The notes: a model not told the origin generated them from the letters alone. Shown: positions 18,931 to 47,751, numbered from the stretch's first letter. The stretch: DNA of 64,000 bases from Felis catus (GCF_018350175.1 NC_058382.1:13888001-13952000), one strand, 5' to 3'. A program made the numbers and translations.

Positions 18931-19164
18931 AATGGGTGGGTCGGAGATCCAGGGCAGCGAGGTGGTGGTGAGATGGAGAGGACATCCCTGAGGCCAGGAT
19001 GATGGCTCCTTTCACTAAACCGCTTTTGCGTCTCTCTTTTCTCACTCTGTTTTTCTTGTCACCTCTCCTTTTCTGTGTCTCCGTCTCCGCTCCGTATCCC
19101 CCCCTTGCCAGGACACCACCCCTGCCGTCCCCAGGCCCTGGGCTCCCACCTGGCTCCGGACGTC

Positions 19165-24042
<4,878 letters not shown>

Positions 24043-24999
24043 GACTCGGTCGCGGCCGCTTGGGGCCGCAATATGGCGCCGCGGCCGCGCCTGCTCCTCG
24101 GCTGGCAGCCGCTCCACTCCGGCTGCAGCCCCGGCTCCTTCCTACTCCCGGGGCCGGCGCCGCCACTTCCGCCTCCACCCCCCTACGGCGCGACCCGCTA
24201 GGGCTGCGGGATACCAGGCCACGCTGCCCAAAGGCAGGGATTGGCGAACTCGACGGCCAGGAGGCGGGACAAAAAGCACGGATTGGCGGCGTGAGAGGGG
24301 GACGTGCCGAGGGAGGCGGGACTAAGACGAGCGATTGGCTGAGCAAGTGGGAAGGTACCGTACAGAGGTGCTTAGCCGAGCTGAGAAACGAATTTGGTCA
24401 GGAGTATGGGTGCAGAGTCGAGACTCCAGATTGGGTAGGAGCGGACCTGGGGGCGGGGACACAGCTGCAAAGAAGGGGCATGGGCAGAATTGACAGAAAG
24501 ACCCTGAAGAAGAGCGGGTAATGAGCGGGCAAAGGCTCTTTCTGACCTCAAAGGCAAGGATGAAAACTGCGGGAATACGCGCAGGCTAACCTCCCACCTC
24601 CCTTTTCAGATGATCTTCCATGAAAACCTCTATTCTGCGATTTATGTCTTCCTCATAGTCCGATTGGCTCATTCCCAGTAGTTCAACTCCCTTCCATTGG
24701 TCTAGAGAGGACACTACAACCCGCAACCGGGATGTTCAGGTTATTCCACCTTCTCATTTGCTTGTGTGTGATATCTAAGCTTAGGTGCCCACCTCCAGTA
24801 CCCAGCTTGGAGCAAAGAGCTTTTAGTGAGTGGAACTCTGCCTAGCAACCACTGACGTTACCACAGTCAGTGGGTTGACTGGCCAAATTCAGAAACCTGG
24901 GGAAACATTTCCTTTGTTACCCACCCCCCCAGCCCACCCCCCCACCCCCCGCCGCCCCCACATAAAGACCACAGAGACCCGCAGTTTGCACTTGGCTGA

Positions 25000-25005
25000 T
25001 ATATT
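25000..25005 (-). terminator. Variant poly(A) signal AATATA of MIA
   Basis: Best hexamer about 50 nt after the MIA stop; I saw no AATAAA/ATTAAA on - between the stop and the RAB4B promoter. Confidence 0.45.
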
Positions 25006-25057
25006 TGCATAAAGCCGGGAAGGAAAAAAACCCAGCAGGGACAGTGGTAGGCTGAGC

Positions 25058-26331
25058 TCACTGGCAGTAGAAATCCCATTTCTGAAAAAGAGAAAGGGAA
25101 AACAGTGGGGAGAAAACCAGCGGTCACACCACAAAGGATCTAGCGGTTTTAGCAAAAGCTGTAGCCGCAGGGGCCAGGTTTGGCCAAACACATGCTATGC
25201 AAATTAGCCCGGAGCCCTCTAATCTGCACCGCTCAACCTGACACAGACTTAGAAATCCCTCTGCATTTTACAGATGAGAAAACCGAGGCACACAGCTAGG
25301 CAGCCGGGGAGCCAAGGGTCGGAGAATCATTGCCCATCATCACAACCCAAGAGTCCGCCCTCCAGATCCCTGCCAGCCCCCAAGAGACTCACATCTGTCT
25401 TCACATCAATTTTGCCAGGTTTCAGGGTCTGGTCTTCACGTACGACACTACTGGGGAAATAGCCCAGGCGAGCAGCTAAATCTCCATAGTAATCTCCCTG
25501 AACCTGGGGAGGAAGAATTAAAAGCCAGGGTCCGGAAAGATGGCAAACTTATTCCTGCTGAAGACCTTTGTACATTTTTTCTTCCTGGTCTCCAGGTGGC
25601 TGGCTCCATCCTTGTCACTCAGATCTCAGCCTCGAGGCACTGTGTGGATGCCCTCCCTGACCACCTGATGTAGTCACCCAGTCTGTACTAATCCTCAAAG
25701 GATATATATTTGCTGATGTTTTTTGATGGCTTGTCCCTTTCCATTAGAATTAAAGGGATCATTCGCTGTTCTTTCTTCAGTGACCGTAAGACTAGCACCA
25801 TATAGTTAGTTCGTGCCCTATAATTGCTCAACAAATTAAAAATCAAGATCACAATACCCCCTCCCCCTGCCAAACTATTTCAGTCCACCGCTTCAAATTT
25901 TCCCTTTAGGTGGAAAATTAGGGTGTACTCCCACCCCAGCCCCCTACCCTTTCCTCTTCTGTTCTCCCAAGACTCACGCTGCCTCCCCAGAAGAGCCGCC
26001 CTCGGCCCTTCAGCTTGGAGAAGACGTACACAACTTGGCCCCTGTGTATGGTCAGGAAACGGCAGTCGGGGGCCACGTAGTCTTGCAGGGCCACAGCCAT
26101 GGAGATGGGGTCTGGGGGAGGAATAGAAGAGAATGACAGCACCCTCCACACAGGCTGGCAATCCAAGCCCCCAGTCCCCCACCCCCCCACCCCCCAACTC
26201 TTACAGCTGCATTCCTCATCAGCACACAGCTTGCGGTCAGCCAGCTTGGGCATGGCGCGACCCCCGACACTAGGCCCTGAGAAGGCAGACAGCAAAATGA
26301 TGACACCGAGGAACACTGGCGACCCAGCCAT
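25058..26331 (-). CDS. MIA: MIA SH3 domain containing (melanoma inhibitory activity / CD-RAP), 131-aa secreted precursor. Exons (-): 26331-26205, 26111-25978, 25503-25393, 25081-25058
   Basis: Signal peptide, MPKLADRKLCADEECS, ALQDYVAPDCRFL, RLGYFPSSVV, KWDFYCQ*. Exons 127+134+111+24=396 nt. Confidence 0.97.
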
Positions 26332-27969
26332 TGTGAACTGTGAGCAAGAGAGTGGCCAGGGTGGAAATGGGGTCTCCAGTTTCCTCCTGCCCTCCCTCTC
26401 CCCAGCAGCACAAGGAAACTTGTGTTCTTGGTCTCGTCTCCGCCCTTAACCAGTCCCAAATTTCATCCACACCACCTAGAGGCTGCTACCCAGCCAGAAC
26501 CATTTCAAGGACAGGGTGAGGGCTGCCCCCCCAAGGAAATACCCAAATAGGCCCAAAGCAGCCCAGGCCACTCCAGGTGCCAGCCACCCCCCCGACAACC
26601 AGAGGCCCGGACAGGCAGGTTGAGATATTCGATTCCATCTAGAGTCCACTTGGGTACCTGGGCCCCTCCGGGAACAGAAACAGGGAGCCGGTACGGAAAA
26701 CTACCTTGGAATTTCCTGTAAAGGACAGAACAAGGCAGCCCTTTGATTCCCAGGAACAGCCCCCACTCCGAAGGACCAAGTTTTACGTGCCAGGCCTTAC
26801 TTAGGCTAGGCAATGCTCTACCATAACCACTATTTATCCTCACAAGCCACTTCCCGAATGGGTGACCTGGGCTCAGCTATTTCTCCTCGCTTTTCTCCTC
26901 TGTAAAATAGAGACAATGAAAGCTAGCGGTCCTTTAAAGAGCACTCACCCACATACATCTTTATTAACTCAAATGGACACTCTCCGTCACCTCAAGAGGG
27001 CTGTTATAACCCCACTCAACGTGGAAATGGCAGTGAGGAGCCTTAAGAAACTGGCCAGCAAGCGGAGGGGCCAGATTGGGGTCCAGGCCCATACCCGTCA
27101 CTTACTCAGCGTGGAGTGGTCAGTTGTCAAGAGAAAGCGGTGGGAGATTTGATCTCAGGTCTCAACCTCTAAAACTGCCCTTCAAATAGATCCACGTACC
27201 AAGATCATTCTCCTGAGTGGCCATCTCTGTCCTCAGGCATTCTCACCTTTGGCCTCAAGTCCAAACTTTCATGAGGGGGAAGTAGATTGGGCGCATATGG
27301 GCATGGGGATGGGGAAGAATCCACGTGGTGCAAAGCCTGGACTGAAACCATCTCTATGCACCCAATACCCATCACCACAACCGTGGGAGAAACCACTGTG
27401 CTCAAATGTCCCCTCAAATGACTGGCTTTCTTTGATCACCCAGGACCGTTCCCCAGCCCTTCTGGCCCACCACCCCCGTCGTTTGTACCAAAAGTGTTTG
27501 CAGTTAGCTCATCTGTTTCACTCACCACTGCATGTCCTGTCCCAAGAACAGTATCTAGCACATGCCAGGTACTCAGCAAGCATGTGCTGAATTTATGGTG
27601 TTTACTAAGTGCCTGGCAGTGGGTGTGCGTGTTGGGGGCAGTGGCGAGTACCGACAATACCACAGTATTAACCTACAGGAATTCTCCCCTCACACAGGAA
27701 GAAAATGAACCTTAGAGTGGGGACATCAACGACACAAGGGAGCAGCTAAGGAGTCCACCAGGCAGACGACAGAAACCAGGACCCGCTGATCACAGAATCC
27801 GTGGTCACCAGTGTGGTGGGCGAGGTGTTTGCATTTGTCTACAATATTTGCCTCTTAGTGAAGACAATCCCCTTCCCCTTTCAGATCCTACGAGCACAAA
27901 GACTGTATTTGGTGCTGTGAAGTCTTCACTGCAAATGCTGATGTTCCTCTTTAATAGAAAGAGCAGAGA

Positions 27970-29225
27970 GGTACCTGGGGGAAGCTCAGTCGGTTGAGCA
28001 TCTGACTCTTGAGTTTGGCTCAGGTCATGATCTCATGGTTTGTGAGCTCAAAGACTGTATTGGGCCTCTGTGCTGACAGCACAGAGCCTGCTTGGGATGC
28101 TCTCCCTCTCTCTCTCAAGATAAATAAACAGATAAATAAGTGAAAATTTAAAAAGAGCAGAGCAGAAGCAGGCTTGGGCTTAGAGCCTTTGCAGAAGATA
28201 TCCAAACAGAACATCGTCTTCCTGTATTTATTTTTGTGGTCAATTTTCTACTTCTGGCAAAGGATCTCATTTTTCTATCTATATGGCATGAAGAAGGGTC
28301 TTAAGCGATTTATGTATGTTTTTTTAGTCAATTACAAATTTCTGGGGGGGGGAGGGTGGGCATCTGGGTGGCTCAGGCTCAGGTCATGATCTCATCGTTT
28401 GTCAGTTCGAGCCCCGCATCGGGCTCTGTGTGGACAGCTCAGAGCCTGGAGCCTGCTTGGATTCTGTGTCTCCCTCTCTCTCTGCCCTCCCCTGCTCGCA
28501 CTCTCTCAAAAATAAATAGTAAAACATTAAAAAAAAAGTTTCCAGGAGTTGGGTGCCTGGGTGGCTGTTGGTTAAATGTCCCACTTTGGCTCAAGTCATG
28601 ATCTCATGATTCATGAGTTAGAGCCCTCAATCAGGCTCGATGCTGTCAGCGCAGAGGCCACTTCGGATCCTTCCCCCGCCCCCCTGCCCCTTTGCCCTTC
28701 CCGTACTCACACACGTTTTATATGTATGTATGTATGTATGTATGTGTATGTGTTTATACACACACACACATACATACATACATACATACTTTTAAAAATT
28801 TTCCAGATCAGGGCACCTGGGTGGCTCAGTCCATTATGTTTCCAAGTCTTGATTCTGGTTCAGGTCATGATCTCATGGTTGTGAGATTGAGCCCTGCCAA
28901 CAGGCTCCATGCTGGGTGTGGAGACTGCTTGCGATTCTCTCTCCCCCTTGGGACACCTGGGTGGCTCAGTCAGTTAAGCGTCCGACTTCAGCGCAGGTGA
29001 CAGTCTCATGGTTCGTGAGTTCAAGCCCCGCATTGGGCTCTCTGTTGTCAGCACGGAGCCAGTTTTGGATCCTCTGTCCCCCTCTCTGTCTGCCCCTCCC
29101 CACCATGCTCTCTCAAAAGTAAACAAACATTAAAAAAAAAAAAAAAAAAAAAAAAGATTCTCTCTTCCTCTCCCTCTGCCCCTCTGCCCTTCCCGTGCTC
29201 TCTCTCTCAAAAGTAAAACAAAATT
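27970..29225 (+). mobile_element. Cluster of five CAN-SINEs, including one nested copy (~28950-29155 inside 28811-29220), plus a (TATG)n/(CA)n/(TACA)n tract at ~28720-28790
   Basis: Five SINE heads; the nested copy splits the host CT tract with duplicated GATTCTCTCT. Confidence 0.85.
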
Positions 29226-29729
29226 CCAGATCAAGGGTGTGAGGGACTAAGGAAGGTCCCCATTCGATCTCCCTTCCATTCATAGTTTCAGTTAGATTAC
29301 ACGACTGTCCAACCGGTAACTACATTTCCTAGACCTTCCCCTGCCGCCAGGGCACTGGAGCCAGAGCTGGATTAGTCACCTGCCCCAGGCTCCTGGCTGG
29401 AGGGTAGCCGGGAGGGAAGATCACCAGTGTTTGACGGGGCCACACCCCTTGTGCCTGGTTAGTAGCTCCCCGTGTGGGATGGGGCAGTTCCATCAGCTGC
29501 AGTGGCACCTTCCTGGACTCCAGACTGCAGCTCAGTCACAGGTTGCAAACCTGAACTCAAGTGTCCCCAACCCAGGCTGCCACTCCTGCTATTCTTCCAA
29601 TGAGTTCCTGAGTACCCTGTTCCCATCCTTTTCTTCCTGAAGTATCTAGCATGGTTTTTGGGGGACTGCTGCTATGACAGAAAGCATTTTTGTGAAGATT
29701 TGAAAAAGGTGAAGGAAAACCTCTTTCTT

Positions 29730-29945
29730 GGGGCACCTGGGTGGCTCAGTCGGTTAAGCGACCAACTTCAGCTGAGGTTATGATCTCGTGGTTCGTGAGT
29801 TCGAGCTCTGCATCAGGCTCTGTGCTGACAGCTTGGAGCCTGGAGCCTGCTTTAGATTCTGTGTCATCTTCTCTCTCTGCCTCCCCTGTTTGCACTCTGT
29901 CTCTCTCTCTCTCAAAAATAAACATTAAAAAACAAGAAAGAAAAA
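29730..29945 (+). mobile_element. CAN-SINE
   Basis: Full body; AAAACCTCT TSD. Confidence 0.9.
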
Positions 29946-30305
29946 CCTCTTAACACTCTATCATGTTAGAAAAAACATATAAATCTATAAAATGAATAGG
30001 GTATCCTTAAAGGTAGCATCCTTGTGCAGTACACAACCTGCCCAACTGTACATGGCAGCCTGGGTTTCAATTTCCTGCTCTGAATGCTGATGGAGACAAA
30101 ATAGAAATTTTCCCAAAGTAGTAAAGGTAACTGAAACTTAGACAAAGTTATACCCTATTCTGTGTTTTCCCAAGGTTGCAAACCCCAATACCCTGAGAGG
30201 TCCAAACACCCAGAATATTCTGATGTGTGAGAAAGGGAGGCACAGAGAACAAGAAAATAAAAACGACAAATGGTTGTGAAAAACCAAACCTCAAAAAAAA
30301 ACCAC

Positions 30306-30311
30306 TTTAAT
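30306..30311 (-). terminator. ATTAAA poly(A) signal of SNRPA, followed by a U/GU-rich downstream element
   Basis: Minus strand reads GGAATTAAAGTGGTTTTTTTTTGAGGTTTGGTTTTT. Confidence 0.8.
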
Positions 30312-30318
30312 TCCGACC

Positions 30319-30458
30319 NNNNNNNNNNNNNNNNNNNNNNNNNNNNNNNNNNNNNNNNNNNNNNNNNNNNNNNNNNNNNNNNNNNNNNNNNNNNNNNNNN
30401 NNNNNNNNNNNNNNNNNNNNNNNNNNNNNNNNNNNNNNNNNNNNNNNNNNNNNNNNNN
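30319..30458. other. Assembly N-gap (140 nt) in SNRPA 3'UTR; other gaps at 37354-37517, 55022-55199, 56914-57063 and ~58584-58724
   Basis: Runs of n. Confidence 0.98.
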
Positions 30459-30497
30459 CCCAGAACAGGGGGCAGGGGCAGGCAGGGGAAAAAGGTG

Positions 30498-41950
<11,453 letters not shown>

Positions 41951-42581
41951 GGTGTTGCGGCTCACAACGTCCTCCGATCCCTGAACCTTCCCCAGGCCAC
42001 GGGACTTTTCCTTTTGCGCTCTGATTCCAGGACCTTCTCTACGACTAAGCCATTCTCCCTGCCGGGTGTCCTTTTGATCTCTTGACCTCTGATTCAAAGG
42101 TCAGCTTGAAGGTTCCGAACTCGGGCCTGGAATGTGAGGGGTTACAGAGCCTAAATTCCCTAGTCTCTAGCCCTGGGCCCCGAAGTCCCACCCCGTAGGG
42201 CCTCGCCCCAAGTCCTATCCTTCATTTTCCCGAAACTGACTCCCGAGTTTCCAGACCTGGCCCGGGATGATACCGTAACTTTTACTAAATTACCCTCCTT
42301 GAGCCTGGCAAAGCAACCCCAAACCACAAATCTATTCCCGGATAAAAGACCACTCCCTGTTAACTGTTAGATCTCTGATGATACGGGTCAGCCTAACCCC
42401 TGCTCCCCTAGTTCCACATGTCAGTCCTGATCCTTTTAATCCCACTGCTCAGCACCCAAGTTCTGGAACTCCGCTGTAAAACCTTCAGAACTTACATCCC
42501 TGCGATTAACTCATTTTAGAGGATCCATCCCTCTCCCATCCTCAAATCTTCCAGGCTATGCATGCTGTGGGAGACCCAAAA

Positions 42582-45500
42582 ATGAGTTCTCCACGCTCTC
42601 CTCCCCTAGAGCCCCCAGCCCCTTCTCCAGGAATCCCTGTCCCCCAAGGGCCCATCACTCCACTTCTTTCTCTACCCCCAAACCTGCCCAATTTAGCTTT
42701 GCTGCCCCCTGCCTCCAGTCTCCAGGCCCCTATTCCCCCACCACCCCCGTTGCCGCCTCCACCCGCCGTTGGGGGGCCGGCTCCCCCTCATGTCTTCGGT
42801 CTAGAGAAGAGCCAGCTCCTGAAGGAGGCTTTAGAGAAGGCCGGCCCGGTCCCCAGGAGCAGAGATGACGTGAAGAGGCTCCTGAAGTTGCAGAAGGACC
42901 GGTAGGGTCTCACCGAACCACCCATCCGCGGATCACTTCTGCCATCTCTTGGGGTTTCCCATTTCCTCAAGGTCAAACAGCCTGAGTGCTTCAGCCCCCT
43001 ACTTAGACCTGTTCAGCGGTGTGCCTTCGCCAAAGAAGAGAGATCCTGCCCTCACAGGCACCTAGTCCAGCAGCAGAGACAGATCCCTCCCTCACCAGTG
43101 ACAGAGCTGTAATGAGGGAGTCCTGAGGGACCACAAGGCCAAGGCTGGCGGGGGAGGTGTTAGTGGGGCCTGCCTGGAGAAGGGGACCCCTGAGAGCTAT
43201 CCTGTAGGTGCAGGGGTATGCGATGAGGGGAGTAAACAAACTGTTCAGAGGTGCGGGCTGAAATGGAGAGGTGTTCTTTTCAGGCATCTGCAAATATTTC
43301 TTTTTTTTAAAATTTTTTTTTTCAACGTTTATTTATTTTTGGGGCAGAGAGAGACAGAGCATGAACGGGCGAGGGGCAGAGAGAGAGGGAGACACAGACT
43401 CGGAAACAGGCTCCAGGCTCTGAGCCAGCAGCCCAGAGCCCGACGCGGGGCTCAAACTCACGGACCGTGAGATCGTGACCTGGCTGAAGTCGGACGCTTA
43501 ACCGACTGCGCCACCCAGGCGCCCCTGCAAATATTTCTTTAACAGGATGGTGGGGGGCAGGTAGTAAACATGGGGTTCCACAGGTGGACCGGAGCCAGAT
43601 CACACAGAGCACGGGCGCCACGTGGAGGAAGGTGGACTGTCCTGAGGGCACCGGGGAGCCATTGAAGGGCTTTGCACAGAAAGGGAGGCTACCTGAGGGG
43701 AGTAGGGGTGGTAAGACAGTCAGGGGGCCCAAGAGACCCAGGCAGGAGGAGGCTAGACCTGGCCTTGGGGCTGTGGTGGGTGAGCCGATACAATGAGTTA
43801 CTCAGACCCGTGGAAGAAACCCCCAGCTCTCTAGATAAGTTTATAATCTGTTCTAAATGCCCTAACCAAAGGGAGGCAAGTAACAATCACCCGTTATTCC
43901 AGGTCTGCCGTTTATCAGGCCCTGTGCTGAGTGTTCTTAGGTAGGTACTTTATCCTCTCAGTGATTCTATGAGATAGGAACTATGATGTCATTTTCCAGA
44001 TAAAGAAACGGGAGGCTCAAGAAGGTGAAGTCACTTAGCCAAAGAGCTTAGAAGAGGGAGAGCCCAATTTGCATTCAGGCGGCTTTTAACCACTGTGCTG
44101 TGATAACACCTTTCCTCCGGAGGGTGCCCCAAACTGGGAACCAGGAGCTTTAGGTTCCCCCCCCACCCCAGTCTTGCACTTGGAACAGAAGTACTGTGTA
44201 AGCAAGTTGCCCTTCCCCTCCTGAGCCCTGGGGCAGGATCGGGATCAAAATTTTCGGAGTGGCCCCCCCCCCCAAGGGTGGGGCTGGGCAGGCCTGCAAG
44301 GGCTCATTAGCAGGGTGATCTCTTAGGCCGTGAGCATGTTGTTACCTGTTTCTACTCGAGGCTGAGTTGAGGAATCTTCATCCCTATTTTGACAGGCACG
44401 GGAAGGGGGAAAAAATCGCAGGAAGCGTTTAGGTATAGAGACACCTCTTTGAGAAATGTTCTCTAATTAGTCCATTTTTCTGGCTCCTAGTTGCAAAGCT
44501 TTTACACGTCTGTCCTTTGCTCCTTCAATAACTGAGAGAAGGAGCAGGGAGGGAGCAGAAGGTGGAAGAAGGGTTCCCACTGAGCAGATGAGGAACACTG
44601 AGGCCCGGGAAGGGAGAGGTGTCTCCTCAGGGGAGAAGGAAGTCTTCATCAGAGCCTGGAGCTGCCCTCAGGCTTTAGGACAGCCCGGCCGGGCGCCTTT
44701 CACCACCCCTCAACACCACTGTTGCAGGATTTTTTGCCACAATACCCGGGGTTTATTGTCTCGCAGCTTCGAAGAGTGAAGAGGTGGACGCATAATGAGC
44801 AGCAGGCAAAAGTTTACTGGAGTATAAGATGAGAAAGTAAGAATAGTACGAAAGTGCTCTTTGCAGAGGGGACCTTTGAAAGTGAACGCCCAAGGACTAT
44901 AGGCAAGGGTCCTTGTTTTCTAAGGTCCTGGTCGCCCTCCCCCCCCCCTTCCGCCTTGTTCCTTCTCAGGTTATTGGCTGGACAACTCTAGGTGCTGGGT
45001 TGTCCACTCCTGATTGGCTCGTTTCCACTGTAAGAAGGGTGGTCTATAGCCCCACCGTTCCTTGTGGGTTGTAAGATTTTAGGGTCTGATATTTAGTCGG
45101 GTCTTTTGTCAAATTCCTGAGGGAGTAGGTAGTGTCTGTTAACATTCTTAAGAGGAGCCTTACCCCTGGGAGGGGGGGGGTTTGCTGTGGTCAGACACTC
45201 CCAGCATTGTGCCAAAATATCTCTCTCCCCACCCAGGGACCTCAGGCCCTAATCCTTTCCCTCTCTGCCTGTTTTATCCTATTTTTTTCCAATCATACTG
45301 TTGACAGGCAGACCTCAAGGGGGGACCGAGGAGCTGGTTCCCCTGTGACCTGAGTACGGCTCTTATTCAGTTTCAGAAGTGACTTGCAGTGGATCCTCTT
45401 CTGTGCCGACCTGCCCTCCCTCATCCAGGAAGGCCCTCAGTACGTGCCCTGATCTGGGACCCCAACCCCTGTCTGCCTTTGCTGTGCTTCCAGAGAACCT

Positions 45501-47751
45501 ATCTGTAGGGTGGGGGGCGTGGGTTCATCTCAGCCCGCATGAGGCAAGGAGGAGGGGTGGGAAAGGGGGAACTTGAGGGGGCAGGGGTCCAGGGCGCATG
45601 CGGAGTAAACTGCTGGAATGGATGAGCAAGTAAGCAAGCAAATGGTCTTCATCTCTGACTCCGCTTCTTCCGCACCTCCTCCTCCTGAAAGCTCAGGTGA
45701 CCTTCCCCACCCTCCCATTGTCCCTGCAGCCCTCCAGCCCTGGCCACAGGCCATGGTCTCCCTCTCCCCTAGGAAGGGGGAAGTGAGGTCTCCCCACCGG
45801 GCCTGGGAGAAGGAGGGAAACCCCCAGTGCAGTAGACCTCTTCCCCACACTCCAGCTTCCGGGACAGAGAGGGCCCAGTAAAGACCCGACTTAGGGGTTC
45901 AGGGACTGGGCTTGTCTCTCTCCAGGTGTGGGCTGGTGGCCTTGTGGATGGCAGGCACGCTCCTGGCACCGCCCAGCGGCATCCCCCTGGAGAGACTTGT
46001 GCAGATGGCCGTGGACAGAGGCTACACGGCCCAGGGAGAGATGTTCTCCGGTGAGTTGGGTGCAGAAGGGTCACAAGCCAGGCGTGCAAGGAGACCCCGT
46101 TCCGTTCTTCAGGCCCTTCTCCCCACCCAGTAGAGTGTTATGAGTTGGACTCTGGAGACAGGATGTCTTCATTCCCCCGCCCAGCTCTGCCACCTCCTGC
46201 CAAGTGGCTGTGGACACGCAGCTTGCCGTCTCTGTGCCTCATTTTCTGCATTTGTACAAAGAGGTGGTGGTTGTGGTGACAATTAAAGGCACCGATCCTC
46301 AGTTAGCCCGTGGCTTGGAGCCAGGCACATGGTGATCCTTCTGTCTGTGTCGTCCTGCAGTGGCCAACATGGGCAAGCTGGCCCAGGAGGCACTGGGCTG
46401 CCAGGCTGAGCTGCTCTGCGGTGGCCTGGGTGGTCCCAACAGAGACCGTGTCCTGCGGCACCTCGTCTCCGGACATCCCTTGCTCATCCCGTATCCCAGG
46501 TCCTAGAAGGGAGCTGGGTGGGGATGGGGAAGGGTCGTTCCCAGGACCACACCGCAGCTTTGGCCTTAACCCCGGTGGCAGCTACGACGAGGACTTCAAC
46601 CACGAGCCGTGTCAGAGGAAGGGCTACAAGGCCCACTGGGCAGTGAGCACAGGTGGGTCTTCCCTCCCGCATCCCTGGATGTCCCTAGCCCCCGTCACCC
46701 CTACATTCTCACCCTTATGCTGGCATTTCACTCATACTTGAGGCAGGGACTGGGGCTGGGCTGTCCCTGTCCCAGCAGGGTACTCAGCAGGGACCTGGCA
46801 GGGAGCAGGTGACTCAGTATCTGCCAGTCACCGTTTCTGTAAACAGAAGCTCAGAGCATTGACTTCAGAATCAAACAGGACTCCAGGTCTGGTCCAGCCA
46901 CTTCCAGGCTCTGTGACTCTGGGCTTCCATTTCTCCGTCTGGAAATCAGGATGACAGTGGGCAAAGTACATAAAATCTGAACGACGCAGGCACATTGCTC
47001 GTGTCAGTAAACAGCGATCGGCCTGGTCATTCCCAGCTGCCTACAAGAAGGCTGATTCGCACGTTCGGTGGCCTGGATTGAGGCTCCCCCCATGCCGGGG
47101 TCTGTGGCCTCGAGGGCTCCACTGAGCATTGTTTTTGTTTTTTGTTTTTTTCACTAGACAGCAGGAGAGGATCGGGTGATTGATGCTTGCTCTGTTTAAT
47201 GCCACCTCCCCTCCCTGTGCTACCAGGCTGGAGGAGGCGGGACTTTAAAAAGCCTGGAGCCGGGAGCCAGATACCCTGGGTCAGTCCCAGCCCAGCTGTG
47301 TGCCCATGGCCCACTGACTTCTCTGTAATGTGGTGTGAGGGTGGTACCACACCTACCCTGAAGGGCTACGGTGGGGAGCTCACTCCAGCTCACAGCCTCT
47401 GTTCTCCTCCCAGGGGTCCTGCTGGGGACGCAGGCTGTGCCAGGCCTCGGCTATTCTGAGGACCCCGAGCTGCCAGGTCTGTTCCACCCGGTGCCCAGCA
47501 CAGCCCGCCAGCCGCCATCCCTGCCAGAGGAAGGTTCCCCAGGAGCCGTCTACCTTCTCTCCAAGCAGGGCAAGAGTTGGCATTACCAGCTGTGGGACTA
47601 CGACCAGGTCCGGGATAGCAACCTGCAGCTGACAGACTTCTCGCCCTCGCGGGCCGCTGATGGCCGGGCATACGTGGTGCCCGCTGGAGGGGTGCGGGCC
47701 GGCCTCTGTGGCCAGGCCCTGCTCCTCAGCCCGAAGGACTCCAGCTGCTAG
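42582..47751 (+). CDS. ACTMAP: Actin maturation protease (C19orf54), 350 aa. Exons: 42582-42901, 45371-45439, 45926-46050, 46361-46490, 46582-46652, 47414-47751
   Basis: Proline-rich N-terminus, HVFGLEKSQLLKEA, LIQEGPQCGLVALWMA (catalytic Cys motif), PYDEDFNHEPC, KAHWAV, KQGKSWHYQLWDY. Exons 320+69+125+130+71+338=1053 nt in frame. An in-frame ATG at 42558 could add 8 aa. Confidence 0.95.
43300..43525 (-). mobile_element. Young felid SINEC_Fc with TSD CTGCAAATATTTCTTT
   Basis: Near-consensus body on -; TSD on both sides. Confidence 0.92.
44720..45300 (-). mobile_element. Probable ERV solo LTR in ACTMAP intron, antisense to ACTMAP
   Basis: About 580 bp, TG...CA-like ends; on -, two CCAAT boxes, then a TATA-like CCTTAGAAAACAAGG, then AATAAA at ~44753 near the 3' end. 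No clean TSD found. Confidence 0.55.
46491..46581 (+). other. U12-type (minor spliceosome) GT-AG intron of ACTMAP
   Basis: 5'ss GTATCC; branch site CCTTAAC at 46564-46570, 11 nt before the end of the intron; no polypyrimidine tract. Confidence 0.8.
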
